Source of the DNA: an uncultured Chloroflexia bacterium
GTDB lineage: Bacteria; Chloroflexota; Dehalococcoidia; DSTF01; JACRBR01
Length of the DNA: 64,000 nucleotides
Direction of reading: 5' to 3'
Assembly (NCBI GenBank): GCA_963843685.1
Contig: CAWJLO010000008.1
Coordinates: forward strand, 202,027-266,026
The notes below the pieces were generated by a model. That model ran no database searches. It was not told the origin of the DNA and worked only from the letters and a program-made list of their open reading frames with translations. The position numbers were made by a program, and so were the translations under genes. Shown one piece after another: positions 57,219-64,000 of this stretch (within the stretch, counting starts at the first letter, position 1; every line of letters starts with the position of its first letter).

Positions 57219-59348
57219 GTGCCGCTCCGTGCGGCCCAGGGAGTTGCGCTTGCGCTGCTTCTCACCCTCGCAGCCTGCGGCGGCGGGGACGACTCGGACG
57301 CCACTCCGAGCCAAGGACCCTCGACGAGCGAGCCAACCGCCGCCGCGACCTCCGACGCGGAACGGCCCGACGTCGCTCCGCTGAGGTGCCAGACGCTCCT
57401 GACGCAGAATGCGATCGACGACGCGCTCGACATCTGGAACCGGCCCTCCGGGGACATGGACACGATCGGCGGGGCGGGCGGCGAGGTGTGCCAGGAGACG
57501 GTCGCCTCGGACCAGGACGTGTTCGTGCGCATCGAGCCCGGGGAGCCGCAGGATTTCAAGCCGGGCGCACAGCTGCTCGGTGTCGAGGGAGAGCGCGTAG
57601 CGGGGATCGGCGACGGAGCCTTGTGGTTCGGGGGCGTGGATGCCGAGGGCGGCGGCAAGCGGGGCGTGCTTACGGTGGCGCAGGAGAGCTCCGTTGGGGG
57701 CGTGGTGTTCAGGATCGTGCTGGGGCGGCCGGATCTCGACAGCGCCGAGCAGCTCGCCGTCGCGAAGGCTGTGGCGGCGACGGCGCTGCCGCGGTTCCCG
57801 GGAGTGACGCTCGGTCAATCAACCGCCATCGAACATGAGCCGGCGGATCGGTCTGGCGAGAGCTTTACGGAGAACCTGCTGGCGCGGGAGGCGGACGGCG
57901 ACTGGACGCGCGGCGAAGGCCTCGTCGCGACGCTGCGGTACTTCGCGGGGGAGATTGATGCGAGCGAGGTGTTGCGCCATCCGCAGGTGCTTGATGGTTC
58001 GGGGACAGGCATCGTGAAGCTCGCGCAGGAATATGTGCAGACGAGCAGCAACGACGTACAGGTGGCAGAGATCAACCGGTTGCTGAAACTGCTCGCGATG
58101 CCGGAGCCGCGTCGCTCATCCGCTAACGCGCGACCGGAGTCCGCGGGATCGAGCGGGCGCTTTATGGCGGCACCCTCAACCCAGGCGGAAACGCCGGTAC
58201 CCGACAGTGGAGTGTGCTACACGGTCTGGCCGGACTACGGCGACCCGTGCTTCATGTCGACGGCCGCCGCCCCCGAGTTCGCCGGCAAGTACGTCTTCTG
58301 GTTCCCGGTGCTCGATCCGGGAGAGACGGAGTGGGAAGGGTGGACGTTCGGGCCTTCGACCATCCGAGACGCGATCCACAAGACCGCGGTGCAACTCGAA
58401 GGTATGGGCGGGGGGATGCCGCGCGTCTCGGTCGTCCTGGCGCCATTCGAGGGACACAGTTGGGTGACGCTCCGGCCCGACGGTTTGTGCGAGATCCTCC
58501 TCAACAAAGGCGCACAGGCGCTCCGGGACAAGGACCCGGCGCTGCTCCAGCAGGCGGTGGCCTCGACGATCGCCCGCTGCTACATCGACTGGAACTTCCA
58601 GTTGCCCGAGCAGTGGGAGGCACCGATCGCCTGGTACCTGAGCGACGTGGTGTATCCACGGGCGTCGATGGAGACGGTGATCCTGAAGATCCCGGAGACG
58701 CTGGCGAGCGAAGAGTTGAGCACGCCGGTGGACGAGCGCTCGCTGAGCAACATGGCGTTCTTCGAGTACGTGGACGCGGCGCTGGGGCTGCAGGGAACGA
58801 TGGACGCGGTCGGTACGTTCGCAGCGTCCGGCCTGGGGTCGGTACCGTCGATCGAGGGACTGCTGCACGAATACGCGAAGTCGCTCGCGGACGGCTTCAT
58901 CCAGGATCAAGCCGGGACTCACGTGTACGCACCTCCGGCGGAGCGTATGCCGCTCTCCCAGGGCCAGACGATCTCCGCGGACATCGCCGCGTTCGGCGTG
59001 GAGCGGATCCATGTCGTGGTCCCGGCGGGGAACTACGCCTGCCTGGAGTATCCGGACGCGTCCAACCTCGATATCTCCGCATCGTGGCGAGCGGGCGCAC
59101 CGGGCGAGAGCGGAGACTGGACAAGCGCCTTGCCGTCAACGATCCAAGGCGAAGGTGTGTTCGTCGTGACGGCAGCCGATCCGGGCGGATCGTTTTCGAT
59201 CAAGGTCACGGACCTCGATAACGACCCCAAGTGCGACGAAGACGAGGAGAGCACCCATCCGGCGATCCCGACGCCGTGTCCCTTCTGTGATCCGTCCCAG
59301 TACTTCTTCAAGTGGGGCAGCATCAGCAAGTATCTCATCGACGAGTAG
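57219..59348 (+). CDS. Large hypothetical lipoprotein (~709 aa).
   Basis: GTG start gives the signal VPLRAAQGVALALLLTLAAC (lipobox). There is an acidic linker and a Cys-containing C-terminus. No recognised catalytic motif. Confidence 0.6.
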   Translation: MPLRAAQGVALALLLTLAACGGGDDSDATPSQGPSTSEPTAAATSDAERPDVAPLRCQTLLTQNAIDDALDIWNRPSGDMDTIGGAGGEVCQETVASDQDVFVRIEPGEPQDFKPGAQLLGVEGERVAGIGDGALWFGGVDAEGGGKRGVLTVAQESSVGGVVFRIVLGRPDLDSAEQLAVAKAVAATALPRFPGVTLGQSTAIEHEPADRSGESFTENLLAREADGDWTRGEGLVATLRYFAGEIDASEVLRHPQVLDGSGTGIVKLAQEYVQTSSNDVQVAEINRLLKLLAMPEPRRSSANARPESAGSSGRFMAAPSTQAETPVPDSGVCYTVWPDYGDPCFMSTAAAPEFAGKYVFWFPVLDPGETEWEGWTFGPSTIRDAIHKTAVQLEGMGGGMPRVSVVLAPFEGHSWVTLRPDGLCEILLNKGAQALRDKDPALLQQAVASTIARCYIDWNFQLPEQWEAPIAWYLSDVVYPRASMETVILKIPETLASEELSTPVDERSLSNMAFFEYVDAALGLQGTMDAVGTFAASGLGSVPSIEGLLHEYAKSLADGFIQDQAGTHVYAPPAERMPLSQGQTISADIAAFGVERIHVVVPAGNYACLEYPDASNLDISASWRAGAPGESGDWTSALPSTIQGEGVFVVTAADPGGSFSIKVTDLDNDPKCDEDEESTHPAIPTPCPFCDPSQYFFKWGSISKYLIDE

Positions 59349-59419
59349 CGCGCTGATGACGGGCACTCACGGCGCCAGCCTCCCAGCTTGTGGGCGCTCT
59401 GCCACTACTGCTATAACGC

Positions 59420-59671
59420 GGCGAACGGCGATGACCGGGACGAGTAGCGGTTGACGTTCGGACGCAGAGAGGGCGCGGGGGTGCGAGCGCCTGTCGGACG
59501 AGCCGCGAAGACCACCCGCGATGCCGCATCCCGAAACGTTCGGTGACAGCGAGCGCGTAGGCGATGCCGATTGGCCCCGTTAGCGGCCACATGGAGCTCG
59601 CCTGACGGCGAGGAACCAGGGTGGAACCACGGAGCGCGCCTCCCGTCCCTGCACGGACGGAGGCGCGTTTT
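59420..59671 (+). promoter_or_regulatory. T-box riboswitch leader with an intrinsic terminator upstream of thrS.
   Basis: T-box sequence AACCAGGGTGGAACCACGG at 59614-59632. Terminator stem GCGCGCCTCCCGTCC / GGACGGAGGCGCG plus TTTT at 59634-59671. A candidate Thr specifier ACC sits near 59512. Confidence 0.6.
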
Positions 59672-59687
59672 GATTTGGAGGAAGACG

Positions 59688-61481
59688 ATGGCCCTCGAAC
59701 AACTGTCGAGAGAGGACCGGCTGTACCGGATGCGGCACTCCGCCGCGCACATCATGGCGGAAGCAGTGCTGGAGATGTTCCCGGAGGCGAAGTTCGCCAT
59801 CGGGCCGCCGATCGAGCACGGGTTCTACTACGACTTCGAACTGCCGCGGGCGCTGACGCCGGACGACCTGCCGCAAATCGAAGACTTGATGCATGCGCGG
59901 ATGAAGTCGGACGTGCCGTTCGATCACAGCGAGATGTCGAAGGCGGAGGCGCTGCGGGAGTTCGCGGGTCAGCCGTTCAAGATCGAGCTGATCGAGGGGA
60001 TCGCGGACGAGAAGGTCTCGCTGTACAGGCAGGGCGCGTTCCTGGACCTGTGCGAGGGGCCGCACGTCGAGCGGACGGGGCAGGTGCCGCCGTTCAAGCT
60101 GACGTCGGTGGCGGGCGCGTACTGGCGGGGGGACGAGAAGCGGCCGATGTTGCAGCGCATCTACGGCGCGCTGTTCGAGACGCAGGCGGAGCTGGACGAC
60201 TACCTGCAGCGGCTCGAGGAGTCGGCGAAGCGCGACCATCGCAAGCTGGGGCGCGAGCTGGGGCTGTTCACATCGAACGAGCTGGTGGGATCGGGGCTGC
60301 CGACGCTGCTGCCGAAGGGGGCGACGATCCGGCGGCTGCTGGAGGAGTACATCACGAAGCAGGAGCGGGACGCGGGGTACGAGCACGTGTACTCGCCCGA
60401 TCTCGGCAAAGTGGACCTCTATAAGCGGTCCGGGCACTGGGAGCACTACCGCGACAGCATGTTCCCGCCGATGGCGCTGGAGCACGAAGAGATGGTGCTG
60501 AGGCCGATGAACTGCCCGCACCACATCCTTGTGTACGAGGCCACGTTGCACAGTTACCGCGACCTGCCCGTGCGCATCGCGGAGCTGGGGAAGATGTACC
60601 GCTACGAGAAGTCGGGCGTCGTTGGCGGGCTTAGCCGCGTACGGGCGATGACGCTGAACGACGCGCACATCTTCTGCCGGCCGGACCAGATCAAGGCCGA
60701 GGTTTCAGGCGTGATGCGACTCGTGGAGCGGGCGTTCGCGACGCTGGGGATCACGGATTACACGTACCGGCTCTCGCTGGGCGACGCGGCGAACACCGAG
60801 AAGTACGTGCAGGACCCGGAGCTGTGGCGCGTGGCGGAGGCGGAGCTGCGCGACGTGCTGGAGTCGATGAAGCTGCCGTACTACGACGGGATCGGCGAGG
60901 CGGCGTTCTACGGGCCGAAGATCGATATCCAGATCCGCGACATGCTGGGGCGGGAGGAGACGCTGGCGACGATCCAGGTGGACCGGCACCTGCCGCGGCA
61001 GTTCGAGCTGACGTACATCGGCGAGGACGGCGCGCATCACCAGCCGGTGATCGTCCACCGGGGCATCATCGGGACGATGGAGCGCGTGATGGCGTACCTG
61101 ATCGAGCTGTACGGCGGTGCGTTCCCGACGTGGCTGGCGCCGGTGCAGGCGATGGTGATCCCGATCGCCGACCGGCACATCGACTACGCGCACGAGGTGC
61201 GGGCGGATCTGCGCGAGGCGGGGTTCCGGGCGGACGTGGACGCCCGGAGCGAGCGGATGAACGCGAAGATCCGCGACGCGCAGCTCCAGAAGGTGCCGTA
61301 CATGCTCGTCGTGGGCGACCGCGAGCAGGAGGGGCAGGCGGTGTCGGTGCGGACGCGGGCGGGCGAGGACCTGAAGTCGATGCCGGTGTTCCAGTTCATC
61401 GACCGGTTGCAGGACGAGGTAACGACGGCGATGGAGCCGGAAGATGCGGGGCCGGACGTGGGCGGGGAGCACGATGCCTGA
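59688..61481 (+). CDS. thrS: Threonyl-tRNA synthetase (short form lacking the N-terminal TGS domain).
   Basis: HSAAHIM editing/SAD region, class II motifs (FRDLPVRIAELG, ...), and an anticodon-binding domain. SD GGAGG before the ATG at 59688. Confidence 0.9.
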   Translation: MALEQLSREDRLYRMRHSAAHIMAEAVLEMFPEAKFAIGPPIEHGFYYDFELPRALTPDDLPQIEDLMHARMKSDVPFDHSEMSKAEALREFAGQPFKIELIEGIADEKVSLYRQGAFLDLCEGPHVERTGQVPPFKLTSVAGAYWRGDEKRPMLQRIYGALFETQAELDDYLQRLEESAKRDHRKLGRELGLFTSNELVGSGLPTLLPKGATIRRLLEEYITKQERDAGYEHVYSPDLGKVDLYKRSGHWEHYRDSMFPPMALEHEEMVLRPMNCPHHILVYEATLHSYRDLPVRIAELGKMYRYEKSGVVGGLSRVRAMTLNDAHIFCRPDQIKAEVSGVMRLVERAFATLGITDYTYRLSLGDAANTEKYVQDPELWRVAEAELRDVLESMKLPYYDGIGEAAFYGPKIDIQIRDMLGREETLATIQVDRHLPRQFELTYIGEDGAHHQPVIVHRGIIGTMERVMAYLIELYGGAFPTWLAPVQAMVIPIADRHIDYAHEVRADLREAGFRADVDARSERMNAKIRDAQLQKVPYMLVVGDREQEGQAVSVRTRAGEDLKSMPVFQFIDRLQDEVTTAMEPEDAGPDVGGEHDA

Positions 61482-62838
61482 GGAGCGCGGCGGCCGCGCG
61501 GTCGGCAGCGGGCGCGTGGGGCGCATGCTGCGTCCGGCGGCGCTGGCGGGGCGGACGGCGGCGCGATGGGCGGGGACGTACGCGTCGTGGGGAGACGCGC
61601 GGCGGCGGAAGCGCGAACGGTTCGCGCTGCACACGGCGGAAGACGTGCGCCGGACGATGGGCGACATGAAGGGCGTCGTCATGAAGTTCGGGCAGATCCT
61701 CTCGATGATGACGGGAGTACTGCCGGACGAGATGATGATCGAGCTGAGCAACCTGCAGTCGCAGGCGCCACCGATGGATTATCACCTGGTGCAGGAGGTG
61801 TTCGAGCGGGAGTTCGGGCGGTCGCCGCAGCAGGTGTTCCGGCACTTCGACAAGGAGCCGTTCGCGGCGGCATCGATCGGGCAGGTGCACAGGGCGACGC
61901 TGCATGACGGCACGCGCGTCGCGGTGAAGGTGCAGTATCCGGGGGTGAGCGACGCGATCGAGCACGACCTGGCGAACGTTGGGCTGCTGGTCGGCTTCGC
62001 GGGGGTGCTGTCGCGCGGGCTGGACGCGACGACGATCATCCGCGAGCTGAAGGAGGGCGTGGTCGCCGAGCTGGACTACAAGCGCGAGGCGGCGTCGCAG
62101 CAGCGGTTCTTCGACGAGTTCGCCGGGCACGCCTTCATCCGCATCCCGCGGGTGTACGACGAGCTGACGACGTCGCGGGTGCTGGTGCAGGAGTTCATCG
62201 AGGGGCGGCCGTTCTCGGCGGCGTACGCGATGAGCGACGCCGAGCGCCAGCGGATCGCAGAGATCGTCTTCCGGTACAGCTTTGGCTCGATCTACCGTCA
62301 CCGGCTGTTCAACGGCGACCCGCATCCGGGCAACTACCTGCTGCTCGGCGACGGCTCGGTGGCGTTCCTGGACTACGGGTGCGTGGCGGAATTCTCGGAG
62401 GAGAGCATCGTCGCGTTCAAGCGGATCATCAGCGCGCTGCTGGCGGACGACCGGGAGGCGTGGCGGCGCGGCGTCGAGGCGGCGGGGATCTTGATGGAGG
62501 ACGCGCCGTTCACGACGGAGCAGCTGTACGACCACATGCACTGGTACTGGGCGCCGATCCTGGAGGACGAGGTGCTGTTCACGCCGGAGCTGGCGGCCGA
62601 GATGGTGCGGCGGAACACGCAGACGCTGGGCGAGGGCGGGCGCATCAACCAGCACTGCAACGTGCCGGAGGGGATGGTGTTCCTGACGCGGATCAACTTC
62701 GGGCTGGCGGGGTTGTTCGCGACGCTGCGGGCGCGGGGGCCGTGGCGGGGGATCGTGCGGGAGTACATCGAAGATGCGGCGCCGTGCACGGAGCTGGGGC
62801 GGGTCTCGGCGGCGACGTCACGCGGGCCCTCCGTCTAG
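61474..62838 (+). CDS. ABC1/UbiB-family atypical protein kinase.
   Basis: FGQILS, AAASIGQVHRA and HGDPHPGNYLL motifs. The start overlaps the thrS stop by 8 nt. Confidence 0.8.
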   Translation: MPEERGGRAVGSGRVGRMLRPAALAGRTAARWAGTYASWGDARRRKRERFALHTAEDVRRTMGDMKGVVMKFGQILSMMTGVLPDEMMIELSNLQSQAPPMDYHLVQEVFEREFGRSPQQVFRHFDKEPFAAASIGQVHRATLHDGTRVAVKVQYPGVSDAIEHDLANVGLLVGFAGVLSRGLDATTIIRELKEGVVAELDYKREAASQQRFFDEFAGHAFIRIPRVYDELTTSRVLVQEFIEGRPFSAAYAMSDAERQRIAEIVFRYSFGSIYRHRLFNGDPHPGNYLLLGDGSVAFLDYGCVAEFSEESIVAFKRIISALLADDREAWRRGVEAAGILMEDAPFTTEQLYDHMHWYWAPILEDEVLFTPELAAEMVRRNTQTLGEGGRINQHCNVPEGMVFLTRINFGLAGLFATLRARGPWRGIVREYIEDAAPCTELGRVSAATSRGPSV

Positions 62839-62920
62839 ATAGTGTGTCAGGTGTCGTTGTGTCAGTGTGTCAGTCGCGATGCGCGCCGCAGGACGGCGGA
62901 AGTTTCGGCCCAGCTACCGA

Positions 62921-64000
62921 ATGACGACAACGAACACTGACCGTTTCGCTGCCCGATACCCGGGGCTGTCGTCGTCCGAGGCGGAGGAGAGCGCCCGCGC
63001 GGCCGGCGCCAACCGGTTCGCGAATGACGCGACGCGCTCGTACGTCCGCATCTTCATCGATAACGCGTTCCCGGCGGCGAACGTCGCGCTGATGGTGGTC
63101 GCCGTCGTACTCATCGCGCTCGGGCTGTTCGTCGACGCCTTCTTCACCGGCGGGCTGGTGCTGGGCAACATCATCGTCGGGATGTTCCAGGAGAGCCGCG
63201 CGAAACAGCAGCTCGACCGCATCGCCGTGCTGGCCCGCGCGCCGGCGCGCGTCATCCGCGACGGGCGCGAGCAGGCGCTCGATCCGGAGCAGATCGTGCA
63301 GGGCGACATCGTCGTCGTCGGCCCGGGCGACCAGGTGCAGGCGGACGGCACGATCCTGGCGGAGGAGCACTGCAGCATCGACGAGTCGCTGCTGACGGGC
63401 GAGTCGGACCTGGTGCGGAAGCGGGAGAGCGACGAGATCTACTCCGGCAGCTTCTGCATGACCGGGCAGGCGGTCTACCGCTGCGAGCGCGTGGGGCGCG
63501 AGAGCTTCGCAAACAGCATCGCCGCGACGGCGCGAGCGTTCAAGGTGGTGCGCACGCCGCTGCAGCGAGAGGTGGGATACGTCATCTGGGCGATGGCGGT
63601 CGTGGTCGCGCTGATCAGCGCCGAGGTGGTGGCGTCCGCGCCGAGCATCTACGGGCACGTGCCGCTCCGCGAGACGACCCGAGACGTGGCCGTGATCGTC
63701 GCGCTGGTGCCGCAGGGGCTGTGGGTGATGGTCACCGTCACGTACGCCATCGCGATCGTGCGTTTGTCGCCGCTCGGCACGCTGGTGCAGCGGCACAACG
63801 CGGTCGAGTCGATGAGCCACGTCGACGTGCTGTGCCTAGACAAGACGGGGACGATCACGACGAACGCGCTGACGCTCGAAGCGGTGCATCCGATCGGGAT
63901 CGACGAGGGGGAACTGAGGCGCCTGTTGGGTCGGTACTGCGCCAGCGTGTCGATCAGCAACCGGACGAACGACGCGATCAAGAGCGCGGTGCCGGCGGAG
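62921..64000 (+). CDS. Cation-transporting P-type ATPase, partial (3' end outside window).
   Basis: TGES motif region and LCLDKTGTITTN phosphorylation motif. No stop codon before the window end. Confidence 0.8.
   Translation, partial: MTTTNTDRFAARYPGLSSSEAEESARAAGANRFANDATRSYVRIFIDNAFPAANVALMVVAVVLIALGLFVDAFFTGGLVLGNIIVGMFQESRAKQQLDRIAVLARAPARVIRDGREQALDPEQIVQGDIVVVGPGDQVQADGTILAEEHCSIDESLLTGESDLVRKRESDEIYSGSFCMTGQAVYRCERVGRESFANSIAATARAFKVVRTPLQREVGYVIWAMAVVVALISAEVVASAPSIYGHVPLRETTRDVAVIVALVPQGLWVMVTVTYAIAIVRLSPLGTLVQRHNAVESMSHVDVLCLDKTGTITTNALTLEAVHPIGIDEGELRRLLGRYCASVSISNRTNDAIKSAVPAE

Overview
This is a high-GC (about 65-70%) bacterial chromosomal window with dense, well-supported coding on both strands. 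The likely source is a Chloroflexota (Thermomicrobia-like) organism or a deep-branching Actinobacterium. That call rests on the content below (an auracyanin-like cupredoxin, an F420/deazaflavin-type nitroreductase, an aa3 oxidase with a Bacillus-type subunit IV) and I cannot confirm it without a search.

The first ~10 kb is a respiratory and copper-handling island on mixed strands. On the + strand: an ABC ATPase, an ABC-2 permease, a lipoprotein that fuses a YtkA/CtaK-like domain to a thioredoxin/Sco-like domain, and a membrane protein that fuses an ABM domain to a cupredoxin. On the - strand: a complete ctaA-ctaB ... ctaC-ctaD-ctaE-(37-aa ORF)-ctaF aa3-type cytochrome c oxidase cluster. Its subunit II has a CuA site only, with no cytochrome c domain.

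The remainder mixes metabolism and housekeeping genes:
- Metabolism: Zn alcohol dehydrogenase, two thiolases, Gfo/Idh/MocA oxidoreductases with a sugar-phosphate isomerase, acetyl-CoA synthetase, pyrD.
- Proteostasis and repair: TldD and PmbA with a 34-aa ORF between them, HtpX, RarA, TypA/BipA, ThrRS preceded by a T-box leader, an AlkD-like repair enzyme.
- Regulators: ArsR-SRPBCC fusion, MarR.
- RNA: tRNA-Pro(TGG).
- Membrane and transport: a clear heliorhodopsin (42131..42910), a 2TM K+-channel-like protein, a type IIIA H+-ATPase-like P-type ATPase, a TMEM175/DUF1211 homolog, TauE, and a partial second P-type ATPase.

Two cytochrome-biogenesis genes, ccdA and a Bacillus-type ctaG, each appear split by a single-base frameshift. 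Two small genes are flanked by 70-100 bp direct repeats. I found no CRISPR array, transposase or integrase.

The most interesting loci are the heliorhodopsin island, the CuA/cupredoxin delivery module next to a cytochrome-c-less aa3 oxidase, the small ORFs embedded in the cta and tldD-pmbA operons, and the repeat-flanked cassettes.
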